Positions 11,289 to 24,600 of a stretch of 64,000 nt of DNA are shown here, piece by piece. The stretch is from Nemertoderma westbladi (lineage: Eukaryota; Animalia; Xenacoelomorpha): NCBI GenBank assembly GCA_032718475.1, contig JAUCBJ010009083.1, positions 110,353 through 174,352 on the forward strand, given 5' to 3'. Position 1 is the stretch's first letter, and each line of letters begins with the position of its first letter. The translations under genes and the position numbers were made by a program. The notes below the pieces were generated by a model. That model saw nothing but the letters and a program-made list of their open reading frames with translations, ran no database searches and had not been told where the DNA came from.

Positions 11289-12910
11289 ATCTGCTATCTG
11301 AGTTTATTAATATCAATATAAGTTAATATTTTAGGCAAGCGGGCGTCGCTGCCTACTAGGCTTTTGCCCCCGGACAGTGGGTTTCTCAGCGCCGATGTAC
11401 CGCTGTCGCAGTGTTTACGCCAACATGTAGCAACAGCACGACAACGATAACCGGCACAAGTCCCACCACTGTCCGTCCCAAAGGCTTGAATCCACTTGAG
11501 GTTATCTCGGTAGAATTAGGGCTATTTTACAATTGCGATTAGCTACTGTAAACACACTTTAGTAGTAACATTCACCTATAAACGCACAAATTCCATACAA
11601 TCATTGCTTACTGCACACATGCATGCCATTTGTCCGTTAGTCAGTGTCTTCCAGAATGTCACGTTATTACTATGTATCCTTGGATACTAATAGTGCGCTA
11701 TATATACTCTTATGCTACGCAATGGGGCAAGCCTTTTATTGTTCCTTTAACTTGCTTCTAATTCTAGCGTGGGTGTTGCCATGGTGACATTATGGAAAAC
11801 TAGCGGTAGAATTAGGGTAATTCTCATGCATACAGATCTGGGATGTTATTTAATAGTAATTCTTTAATTGTCAATATCCTCTTTATGCATGATTTTATAA
11901 AATTTATCGGTTATTGACTATATATTGGAGATTCTCGCACTCTAGTACACTCAATATGAATCTCCGCTCCCATGATCTATTAATTACTGGAATTTTGGGA
12001 ATGTTATAAATTGCACAAAATGACAATTTATGAAATTCATTTGAATATGAATTTAATTTATTCCCGTGAATTTTATTATTTGATGTTAAAATTGACACAA
12101 TTTGATTCCAGAGCAGGTCTGGGGACATAGGATCCTTAATTCTATGAAATTTGTCTTTTAAGAGTATCGGTAAGGGCTACGATATCTTAATCGACTAGAA
12201 TTGTTAACGGATCTGAATTTTACAGATTTTAATAAATATTAAATTAATATTTAGGATGGGCACCGATTTATTCCAGAACTTGTCTGGGGACGTTAACCAC
12301 TGATTCTAGAATTTGTCTTTCAAGTATATCGGTGGGTGCCACGATATCTTAATCGACTAGAATTACAGATGGTCAAAAAGTTTAACAGATTTATTTGCGA
12401 ATTACGCTACTGTTAAAGGGACATCACGCTACTATATGTATTATTTGTTATAAGGTAGAAGAGCAATATCGCACGAAGCAATGTCAGTGTGAAGAGGCAA
12501 GTCGTTTCCAAGGTCTACCCAGAGCTTGGTTTAGCCGAGACACGAGGATCTGAACTTTGCATTCCTAATACTCTGCCTACCAATAATACTTGAATATAGT
12601 AGTGGCTTTATTGTACTTTAAGAAGTACGGACATTTCATCTTACTGTAGTCACGTATTTATAATATGATACGGACAGTAAGGGAAGAGAAAATAATTATT
12701 TCTCGCCGTCGCACTAAATATATATTATAAGTAATTATGTACGTAATAAACACTAATATATTGCACTAATTTACTAAATTTTCTAAAATAACATTTTACT
12801 AAATAAAATTAAAGAAAACGATTATAATAAAATTACATAATAATACATACATAAATATAAAATAAAAACAAATATAAAATGATATAGCCACACGCCCACT
12901 CCATATGTTA

Positions 12911-15900
12911 TTACGTTATAGAGTCCCTAGATATTTGTCGGATTAGGGAAGTGGTCGTAGGAAGAGTATCTTGCCTTCCATAGTTTCCGGACAGTTTTCG
13001 GTCTCTTTCCAGTAAACATAAACGACCAGCTGGGCGATTGAGTTGTTGTGTTAGTTTCTCCGCTCCCTTGGCCTGTCTACTCTCTGCCGTGGTAAGATGA
13101 GGAGGCCATTCTTCTTCTTCTTTACTTAAGGAGTCGGATCCACCTAACCAGCCTGGAGTATCTATCAGTTCTTGAGGAGTTGCTCCTCTGGAAGCGATGT
13201 CGGCTGGATTAATCGTCCCAAGGCGATGTCTCCATTGATCTACATTGGCGTTAATATCGTCATTATCTGAGGAGTATGGTGTTACCTCAGTGGGTTCGTC
13301 CACTTCACTGCTCCCCTCTTCCCAATCCTTTACTTGAAGTAGCCGGTCTTGTGGCAATCTTTCTTCAAGAGTTCTGCGGGAAGGGCCAGTAAAGTACCAA
13401 CCTACTCTAGTTCTTACCGCATAAGTTTGTAATGGCTGCGGTTGAGCAGGCCGTTTCTCCAATGTCTCGAGCGCCTCATGCGCGTTTTGGCCGATGAGGA
13501 TTTGCACTCCAGGATAATCGGTTTGGAATCGAGGTATCTCAAGATGTTGGATGCACTCGTCCTCATCCCAGTTATAAAGGTCTGCTTGGGTAGTAGCGAA
13601 GTTCTTTATAGCCACCATTTTTACTGACCTTATACTTTGTGCTCCTAATTTATCCTGGGGGGTGGACAACTCACCTACATAGTAATCTGCCGTTAGGGTA
13701 GATTTCCAAACCTGCATAATTCCTGACATATTCAATTTAGTCCGGAACTTGGGTTGTCCAGCAAAGATATCTTCGGCTAGTTCTTGATCGATGAATGTTC
13801 CTGTGCTGCCGGAGTCAAGTAGGGCGTTCACTATGTAACTCTTGTTGAGACCATGAACTCTCACTTGCACTACAGGAAATTCTCTTATTCCTATGTTGGA
13901 AGTTGGAACTTTCCAAGATGGTTGTTTGTCAAAAGGAGTTGGAGTAAACTCGTCAGTGTCCTTTTCATACGTAAGTGCTCGATACACTGTGGTATTTATT
14001 AGATAACAGGATTCGTTGGCATCGGAGAATTCGTCTGTATAGAATCCTTCCCACTCAGAACCTTGGTCAGTGTCGTTCACATCACTGAATTGGACATGTA
14101 GTTCGGGCTCACTTACCTGACTCGGGTTGTCTCGTTCGAACTCACTGTGTAACAAGATGTGATGTTTCGCGCCACACTTTGCACACTTTACGTCGGAGTA
14201 ACAGGTTCGCCGTTGGTGTCCTGATCTGAGGCAATTATAGCATAACCGCTTATTCCACAGGACTGTACGTCTGTCTACAGGGGATTTCTTTAGAAATTCA
14301 GCACACGCACTCAAACGGTGGGGCCCGTCGCACAGCGCACATTTTGGTTTGATGTTACTCACTTTACCTTGGGTAACGTTATGCACTCTCGTTCTTTCTT
14401 CGGGCTCTCTTCCGTGAATTCTCTTAGGAGACTGAGGAGGGGTCTTGGCAACCTGTTCTCTCCTATCGTTGTTTCGAGCCTTGTATTTACTTACGTCCTT
14501 TGAGGTCTTGTCAACATAATAAGATCGGTCTGTGTCTTTCCCGCTGTCCTCTTCTTGGGAAGCTTGGCTTTCGCCGTCGTCAGTGTAACACACTGGTGTT
14601 ACTCTTCTCCTAGAAGTGGGTTTCTCACTTACCTTATTTTCCGATGTTTTCTCTCTGGACTGCTTGATGAGTTGTAGTTTGACTTCACCATTTAAGAAAG
14701 ACATGAGATCAGCCATGGTAGGGCTTCGTCGTTGTTGTTCATTCATGTACAACACTTTCTTGTCCCAACGTGTACATACTCCACCCTTTGGTAAAGTAGA
14801 GACTACGGCTCCAATAACCATGGAACTCTGATATTCATGCGACTTACCTAACCAGTCCAGTTGTCTACAGATCTCTTGAATTTCATCGGAAAACTCTATA
14901 ATCCCGCTACTAAGGAAGTGTCGGGGGGCTACTAATTTTGCATATAAATACTTAGCTATGTTATCCTTGTTACCATACCTGATGTTTAATGTATCCCAAA
15001 CTTGTCTTAATCCTTCTGGATGTCCGATAAACTTTAACGCCATTAACTTGGGAGGTCCTTCCAAGCACTTGATGAGGAATCTAAGTTTCTCTCCGTTAGA
15101 TAGTACAGAGTTCTGTATGCTATCTTTGTAATATTCGTTGAAAGGTAACCATTTCATCTCATCTCCATTGAATTTGACGATCTCTCCCACTTTGACCGCT
15201 TGGCGGGCTTCTGTTCTAGCCATCTGACGCGTAAAGCTTTCTTGGGCCATCGTGTTATTTAATATCGAATTATCGGTATATAAATTTCTCGGATCATTAT
15301 CAGGTCTATAGGGAATATCATTAATAACAGGTCTATAATCACCCTTAATAGGGTTTGCTATAGGAGTTTCTACTTCACTAGCAGTATAGATGCGTGTAGG
15401 CTCCACACCTTGCGCATGTAATACTTCAGACCTAACAGGTGGACACAATGTTACAGGGGGTATGGGTATGCCCTTTTGAATATTGACTAATTTGTCGCGT
15501 TCTAGTGCGATACTTTGCTGCACTTCTTGCAACTCTGCTCTACTTTCCCTCACTGTTCCCTTAAGTTGGTGGACAGTCTCCTGCATCTGTCCCAGCAGGA
15601 GATTCATCCCCCGCCGTCCCTCTTCCATCCACTCAACCGCCGAAGCGGGAGTCGCCAACATTGTAGCGGGCAGACGCGAGACGACGGGAGACAAATTTTT
15701 GATTTCTCTCTCGGCGTCCAAGACAGGGATATTCTCATGGACTGTTCTACCGGGTACAGGCAGTGTAGTACTGTGTAAAGGGAATTTAGAATTAAGTTCT
15801 GGAAGTACAGGGGTCTCTAGCACAGGAGTGACTTTGGGAACGACAGGCCTAACTATTTCCGGCTCATCTACTATAGTAGGGAGTCTATTTACGGTAATAA

Positions 15901-17062
15901 TTTGGTCTGTGGGTTCTGTACTACCTAAGTCTGTGCTAGCTAGTTGTCTTCTGACAGCTGGGGGCAAATCAGGCAGTTTATGACGGTGAGATGTTTTTCT
16001 ACGCCTGCTTAGACGAGATCTATTTCCTCCGCCTTCAGGATCGGTGGTTTCGCTTTCCTCCGATGATGTGTATCCCTGGCGTTTTGGAGTAGATCGTCTC
16101 ATCCTCTGCATTCGACTAGCAGTTAGATGTTTATTTATGTAGTCTTGCGTCTCTTGCAGATTTTCCAACTCCAGTTGGGCAGTCTCCTCAGACGCTCTCC
16201 GTTCTGCTTCTGCCACTGCCTTTGCCATTGCCGCTGCCGCCTTTCTTTCTGCTTCTGCTACCGCTGCCTTTCCTTTTGCTTCTACATCCGCTGCCTTTCT
16301 TTATGCTTCTACTTCTGCCGCCGCCTTAGCTGCTTCTGCTTCTGCCGCCTTTACTGCTGCTGCCTTTCGGTTCTCTATCTGTTTTTTCTTTATTTGTTCT
16401 TCTTGGACTCTAACGAGGCGAAGTTTTTCATCACATTTAGCTTGTTCTGCAGCTAACATTTCCGCATCGATTGCGTCCAACACAAGCTTGGTTCCTTCAC
16501 TATTAGGGCGAAGTCCAGACAGTCGTCTCCTCAACTCTTCGTCTCCTATGAATCGCTGATAGTCTGACAGATATATGTCAATGGCGTCTCTAGTTCGCAG
16601 CTTCTCTGCGGCCGTTAATTCGCTTTCCACTTCGCTTTCCACTTGAGAAGAAGTGGCGTCGGCTGATTCTTCATAGGTTGGCCGCTCATCATAAACCGTA
16701 TCCGCCTTCTTCGCTCCGCGTTCAGGTGTCCGCTCAGCAGTATCCGAACTACTGGAGCTATCGGGACGCTGAGAACTAGGTTCTTGGCTAGGATGTTGCT
16801 GCGGTTTGACAGCTGCTTCTTGATCCCGCTTGACTTGGGCGCAAGTGCCGATGATAGACCTACGCTGTTCTACTAGCCTAGGGTCTGACACTACTACTGT
16901 AGGGGTGGCCTTTCTTACAATAGTAGGTGACTTAGACTTGGATCTGGGATGTTCTATACTTTGATCTTGGTCACAGATCCTTTTAATACGCTGTCTAAGT
17001 CTAATACTCATTCTAACACTTTCTAAGAGACTATCTGACAGTGATTGGGTTGCGTCTGACAT
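12911..17062 (-). pseudogene. BEL/Pao Gag-protease polyprotein, unit A; RT and integrase deleted; in-frame TAA at 16301-16303 (1105-aa ORF from ATG 16228 remains)
   Basis: DUF1759-like KFNGDEMKWLPF...LSNGEKLRFLIKCLEG; BEL triple knuckle CALCDGPH/CYNCLRSGH/CAKCGAKHHILLH; protease ALLDSGS and ILIGQ; then directly the RNase H tail QWRH..NPADIASRG. Confidence 0.92.
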
Positions 17063-18324
17063 GTTTGTTTACACAGTTGAATGCCTACGGCTATAAATAC
17101 AGTCAAAGTAAGTCTAGTAATTCAGTATCACCGTTAGCCTAACAATTAATTACCGATACTGCTACTCAGTGTAGCGTGATATATATATAATATATTAGAA
17201 TACCGGTATGCTTATAGTATATATATAAGTATTATTACAGACTAGATTTGTCACAGAGTACCGGTATATAATTTTAGCACAAATATATATAAATATATAT
17301 AATAAGCCTATGGTAAGTACCGGTATGTCAATTATTTTTTAGAATAATTGAATTTCTGAATATTTTAGGGTTACTTGGTTACTTTAACTTACTTTATTAC
17401 CGTTATTTAAGCAGTAGTCCAACTGATAGTGAGACCTAGTTGTTGTATGACAGGCCTACTATTTATAAATCGTTTGAGTTGATTTATAATATTTATATAC
17501 CCGTTTAAATGGGTTTTTGTCAATATTTGAAATAAATGTTATTATTTCTGGGGGAGTCACTACACAGAAGCTGTGCGCTCTCAGTGAAGTGCTACCTATG
17601 GGACACTAAAACAGATAATTCTAATTTACCTAAGTTACTTAATACTACAAATTACTTACGATACGGGTGAGATTAAATCTCTAGTTAAACACAACAAAAA
17701 TATTACGTACGAAATTTTTAGGGTAATTTTACAGGAAGTCTACAAACCAGCCCAACAAAGGGTTAGAATTCTGGTTATTACAACGGACAGGGTACTACGG
17801 TATTTGAAAATAATAAGTAGTAGTAAATACACTGCGTTGTCCAGATAGGAAAATACCACCGCCTGACGACCTATAACCGTATCGCTATAGGTACTACGTT
17901 CTGTATCACGGATTGTTCCTACCTAGAAGTTAATTACCGCGGACTACCAGATCCAGCGTGCCTATTAACCACTTTACAACACAAATATACTGCCTACACA
18001 CTAATTACTTCGGAAAGCACTGTACACTAAACCCTAAATTAGGTACAAGTACTGGTATAACAAATAATCAGCAGTTAAATATACTTGAACAGTTAAAAGA
18101 ACCACGGCATCTGCTGGAGTGACCGAAGCACAAAGTCACCAGTCTTTACCTACGCCAAGCTGCCCGTGTAGTACCGGGGTTAATTTAACTATAACGGTAT
18201 GTGTAACAAACACAATTACTGTAGGAATAAACTTGGGGACATGAATGTTGCGAATAATCGCATAAACTCTGAATAATAAATATTACGCTACCCGTACAGA
18301 ATACTCAAACAAAATACAAACCAA

Positions 18325-18845
18325 ACGCTGGCAGACTACTATCAAGCCTAAACAAACTACAGTATGTGCAGATTCTGAAACTGTTAGTTAGTATGCGTTC
18401 TAACACGGTAGTACGACTTACTCTTTAAGAGGGGATTGACCTTACCGCATATGGCTGCCCCAACTTACTAACGGCACTTTATCAGACCAACTCTACACAC
18501 GCAGCAATCCCTTCAGGCCTAAGAATAGTTAGACAACAATCCAGCCTACAAAATATCTGAGTAATAACTATTACGGTACCTGAACAGACCACACAAACAA
18601 ACACAGGCTAAAACACTGGCAGACTACGATCAAGCCTAAATAAACTACAGTATATGCAGACTCTGAAACTGTTAGTTAGTATGCGTTCTAACACGGTAGT
18701 ATGACTTATTCTTTAAGAGGGGATTGACCTTACCGCATATGGCTGCCCCAACTTACTAACGGCACTTTATCAGACAAACTCTACACACGCCGTAATCTCT
18801 CCAAACTCAACAACAGTCAGACAGCAGCTCAGCCTACAATTATCT
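18325..18845. repeat. About 290-bp tandem duplication in the leader of unit A (same duplication at about 27210-27735 in unit B)
   Basis: The block CTGGCAGACTAC...GTATGCGTTCTAACACGGTAG...GGGGATTGACCTTAC...CTCTACAC occurs twice in each unit. Confidence 0.85.
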
Positions 18846-19123
18846 GAACAATCTGAGCAGGGTCACACGCCTTCTGCTCAATATTAGCCTACTAGGAAAT
18901 AAAACTGACAGAAATAGACCTAAGTAAAATCCCAATAAAAACCAGGCGTCCCCGATTTAATATCGAGACCTACCGGTATACAATAATCAAAATCGAATAA
19001 TACTAAATGTATTTGTACAGCAGTACCGGTTAGGACAGTTGGGCCTACAGACCTACAGAAATACCGGTTACTACGGTATTTTGCAACCTTATTGCCTACT
19101 GCAATAAGATCATAAACTGTTAC

Positions 19124-20318
19124 TGTTCGCGCTTTTGAAGACCTTTAGCAGTTTAACCTGCCAAAATTTATATGTCTTTTAGTTAATTAAAACACCTTTA
19201 GCATACGACAATATTTTATGTTAATACGCAAAACATTAGCCGAAGTCAGCCCATGCGCGATCATTCACCCGATGGATCTACACCCGGGAGGCTGAATTCG
19301 GATGCTTAAATTTTATTATTGCAGTGTAAGGTTGCAGCGTAAACTTACTGTATTATTCGATAGATCGTTAATAATTAATTTCTGACAGATATTATTGGCT
19401 TTTCGGGAAATATTAACAGTTCCTTTAGGACGTGGCGCTCTATCTATTTAAACAGAACTAGGACTTATACTAAACGCAACGATACTGCTTATGATTAAAG
19501 TATAAAGCGTATTCTTTAGGAAATACTTTGTTACCAATCACAATCATGCACACTATTCTGCCGACCGTCAGTATATTTGATCACACATAAAGAGAGCAGT
19601 AATTGACTCATGTAGGGTCTGCTAAATAACATTAGATTCAATACACACCACATTAATATAAATCGCAATTGTTATATATAACCTGTCTCTCTAACCTGTA
19701 GTGTATCAAGAAAATTGGGAAATTTGGGTGATTTATCCGTATTATCCAAAGAGTAATATTTCCATCAACAAATAGATACAATTAATAACTGACGGTAAAT
19801 AACAGTACAAACAATATGATTAATAGTGAGTTAAGATTGATTAGTTAGGTGATTTAAGTTAGGTAACAGTTTATACTTTCGATAATTTAAGCAGTTTTAC
19901 TAGAGCTCTTCCCAAAAAGCCGGTGTTATGGCGAAAATGGGAACACAACAACAGAATCATATAAAATCATATGACTACTGCCACTATACGAGTATACCAA
20001 AAACCCTTATTCCACGAAGCCCCGTTCAACACAGAGGATGAGCATAGAGATAGGAAATTCAGTTCAGTAGCGCTGGGATAGGTCGAAATCAACGCCTACG
20101 CAAATTCTATTGGCCGACACGAACAGCAAGGCTAAGGCAACCTCTCTAAGCTAGTTGGCCGATTAAACTGAGCCCAGATATCTCCGTATAGCACATCAGC
20201 CAATAAGCTGGTAGCTTGCACTATTTTAGTTATAAATCCCTTTGAGAGTATTCTAGCGACTGGGGGGGAACTGGCCAGCAAAGGCAAACGTATCAGTTAT
20301 CCCACAAAAGCTTTCACA
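19124..20318 (-). repeat. Middle LTR (type II), diverged from the outer LTRs
   Basis: TGTTCGCGCTTTTGAAGACC...AAGCTTTCACA. Alignable to type I over about the first 600 bp and the last 90 bp; the segment at about 19890-20230 is largely unalignable. Confidence 0.9.
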
Positions 20319-21617
20319 CACACACAGGCCATTTGTCCGTTAGTCAGTGCCTTCCAGAATGTCACTTTATTACTGTGTATCCTTGGATACTAACAGTGTG
20401 CTATGTTCTCTATGCTAGGCAATGGGACAAGCTTTTTATTGTTCTTTTAACTTGCTTCTAATTCTAGCGTGGGTGTTGCTATGGTGACATTATGGAATGC
20501 TAGCGGTAGAATTAGGGTAATTCTCATGCATACAGATCTGGGATGCTATTTAATAATAATTCTTTAATTGTCAATATCCTCTTTATGCATGATTTTGTTA
20601 ATTTTATCGGCTATTGACTATATGTTGGAGATTCTCGCACTCTAATACACTCAATAGGATGAATCTCCGCTCCCATGATCTATTAATTAATGGAATTTTG
20701 GGAATGTTATAAATTGTACAAAATGACAATTTATGAAATTCATTTAAAAATATGAATTTAAATTTATTCCCATGAATTTTATTATTTGATGTTAAAATTG
20801 ACACAATTTGATTCCAGAGCAGGTCTGGGGACATAGGATCCTTAATTCTATGAAATTTGTCTTTTAAGAGTATCGGGAAGTGCTACGATATCTTAATCGA
20901 CTAGAATTGTTAACGGATCTGAATTTTACAGATTTTAATAAATATTAACTTAATATTTATGATGGGCACCGATTTATTCCAGAACTTGTCTGGGGACGTT
21001 AACCATTGATTCTAGAATTTGTCTTTCAAGTATATCGGTGGGTGCCGCGATATCTTAATCGACTAGAATTACAGATGGTCAAAAGGTTTAACAGATTTAT
21101 TTGCGTTTTACGCTACTGCTAGAGGGACATCACGCTACTATATGTATTATTTAATATAAGGTAGAAGAGCAATATCGCACGAAGCAATGTCAGTGTGAAG
21201 AGGCAAGTCGTTTCCAAGGTCTACCCAGAGCTTGGCTTAGCCGAGACACGAGGATCTGAACTTTGCATTCCTAATACTCTGCCTACCAATAATACTTGAA
21301 TATAGTAGTGGCTTTATTGTACTTTACTAAGTACGGACATTTCATCTTACTGTAGTCACGTATTTACAATATGATACGGACAGTAAGGAAAGAGAAAAAA
21401 TAATTATTTCTCGCCGTCGCACTAAATATATTATAAGTAATTACGTACGTAATAAACACTAATATATTGCACTAATCTACTAAATAATCACTAAAATAAC
21501 ATTCTACTAAATAAAATTAAAGAAAACGATTATAATAAAATTACATAATAATACATACATAAATATAAATAAAAACAAATATAAAATGATATAGTCACAC
21601 GCCCACTCCATATGTTA

Positions 21618-24600
21618 TTACGTTATGGAGTCCCTAGATATTTGTCGGATTAGGGAAGTGGTCGTAGGAAGAGTATCTTGCCTTCCATAGTTTCCGGACA
21701 GTTTTCGGTCTCTTTCCAATAAACATAAACGACCAGCTGGGCGATTGAGTTGTTGTGTTACTTTCTCCGCTCCCTTGGCCTGTCTACTCTCCGCCTTGAT
21801 AAGATGAGGAGGCCATTCTTCTTCTTCTTTACTTAAGAAGTCGGATCCACCTAACCAGCCTGGAGTATCTATCAGTTCTTGAGGAGTTGCTCCTCTGGAA
21901 GCGATGTCGGCTGGATTAATCGTCCCAAGACAATGTCTCCATTGATCTACATTGAAGTTAATATCGTCATTATCTGAGGAGTATGGTGTTCCCTCAGTTG
22001 GATCGTCCACATCACTGCTCTCCACTTCCCATTCCTTTACTTGGTATACCTGTTGTTGAGGTAATCTCTCTTTGAGAGTTCTACGGGAAGGGCCAGTGAA
22101 GTACCAACCTACTCTAGTTCTTACCGCAACGGTTTGTAGTGGCTGCGGTTGAGCAGGCCGTTTCTCCAATGTCTCGAGCGCCTCATGCGCGTTTTGGCCG
22201 ATGAGTATTTGCACTCCAGGATAATCTGTCTGGAATCGAGGTATCTTAAGATGTTGGATGCTCTCATCCTCGTCCCAATTATAAAGGTCTGCTTGAGTAG
22301 TAGCGAAGTTCTTTATAGCCACCATTTTTACTGACCTTATACCTTGTGCTCCTAAGTTATCCTGGGGGGTGGACAACACACCTACATAGTAATCTGCCGT
22401 TAGGGTAGATTTCTAAACCTGCATAATTCCTGACATATTCAATTTAGTCCGGAACTTGGGTTGTCCAGCAAAGATATCTTCGGCTAGTTCTTGATCGATG
22501 AATGTTCCTGTGCTGCCGGAGTCCAGAAGGGCGTTCACTATGTAACTTTTGTTAAGACCGTGAACTCTTACCTGCACTACAGGAAATTCTCTGATTCCTA
22601 CATTGGAAGTTGGAGCTTTCCAAGATGGTTGTTTGGCAAAAGTAGTTGGGGGAAACTCATTGTTGGTGTCCTTTTCATAAGTAAGTGCTCGATACACTGC
22701 GGTATTGATTAGATAACAGGATTCGTTGGCGTCGGAGAATTCATCAGTATAGAATCCTTCCATCTCAGATTCTTGATCAGTGTCATTTACATCACTGAAT
22801 TGGACATGTAGTTCGGGCTCACTTACCTGACTCAGTTTGTCTCGTTCGAACTCACTGTGTAACAAGATGTGATGTTTCGCGCCACACTTTGCACACTTTA
22901 TGTCGGAGTAACAGGTTCGCCGTTGGTGTCCTGGTCTGAGGCAATTATAGCATAACCGCTTGTCCCATACGACTGCACGTCTGTCTACAAGGGATTTCTT
23001 TAGAAATTCAGCACACGCACTCAAACGGTGGGTCCCGTCGCACAGCGCACAGTTAGGTTTTATGTTACTCACTTTACCTTGGGTAACTTGATGCACTCTC
23101 GTTTTTTCTTCGGGTTTTCTTCGGTGCATTCTGTTAGGAGACTGAGGAGGGGTCTTGGCAACCTGTTCTCTCCTATCGTTGTTTCGAGCCTTATATTTAC
23201 TTACGTCTTTCGAGGTTTTGTCAACGTAGTAATATCTATCAGTGTCTTTCCCGCTGTCCTCTTCTTGAGAAACTTGGCTTTCGCCGTCGTCAGTGTAACA
23301 CACCGGTGTTATTCTTCTCCTAGAAGCGGGTTTCTCACTTACCTTATTTTCCGATGTTTTCTCTCTGGACTGCTTGATGAGTTGTAGTTTTACTTCACCA
23401 TCTAAGAAGGACATGAGATCAGCCATGGTAGGACTTCGTCGTTGTTGTTCATTCATGTACAACACTTTCTTGTCCCAGCGTGTACATACTCCACCCTTTG
23501 GTAAAGTAGAGACTACGGCCCCAATAACCATTGAACTCTGATATTCATGAGACTTACCTAACCAGTCCAATTGTCTACAGATCTCTTGAATCTCATCGGA
23601 AAACTCTATAATCCCGCTACTAAGGAAGTGTCGGGGGGCTACTAATTTTGCATACAAATACTTAGCTATGTTATCCTTGTTACCATACCTGATGTTTAAT
23701 GTATCCCAGACTTGTCTTAATCCATCTGGATGTCCAATAAACTTTAACGCCATTAACTTGGGAGGTCCTTCCAAGCACTTGATGAGGAACCTAAGTTTCT
23801 CTCCGTTAGATAGTACAGAGTTCTGTATACTGTCTTTGTAATATTCATTGAAAGGTAACCATTTCATCTCATCTCCATTGAATTTGACGATCTCTCCCAC
23901 TTTGACCGCTTGGCGGGCTTCTGTTCTAGCCATCTGACGCGTAAAGCTTTCTTGGGCCATCGTATTATTTAATATCGAATTATCGGTATATAAATTTCTC
24001 GGATCATTATCAGGTCTATAGGGAATATCACTAATAACAGGTCTATAATCACCCTTAATAGGGTTTGCTATAGGAGTTTCAACTTCACTAGCAGTATAGA
24101 TGCGTGTAGGCTCCACACCTTGCGCATGTAATACTTCAGACCTAACAGGTTGACACAATGTTACAGGGGGTATTGGTATTCCCTTTTGAATATTGACTAA
24201 TTTGTCGCGTTCTAGCGCGATACTTTGCTGCACTTCTTGCAATTCGGCCCTACTTTCCCTTACTGTTCCCTTAAATTGATGGACAGTCTCCTGCATCTGT
24301 CCGAGCAGGAGATTCATCCCCCGCCGTCCCTCCTCTACCCACTCGACCGCCGAAGCGGGAGTCGCCAACATTGTAGCGGGCTGACGTGGGACGACGGGAG
24401 ACAAATCTTTAATTTCTCTCTCAGCTTCCAGGACAGGAATATTCTCATGGACTGTTCTACCGGGTACAGGCAGTGTAGTACTGTGTAAAGGGAACCTAGA
24501 GTTAAGCTCTGGAAGTACAGGGGTCTCTAGCACAGGTGTGACTTTTGGAACGACAGGCCTAATTATTTCAGGCTCATCAACTATTGTAGGGAGTCTTTTG

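Noticed and set aside
11904-12128. 74-76 aa ORF present in both LTR units (also 20604-20834)
   Set aside because: AT-rich, with indels between copies that change part of the peptide and no recognisable motif. Most likely non-coding.
16301-16303. Programmed stop-codon readthrough in gag
   Set aside because: The stop positions differ between the two units and each corresponds to sense sequence in the other, so these are simple nonsense mutations.
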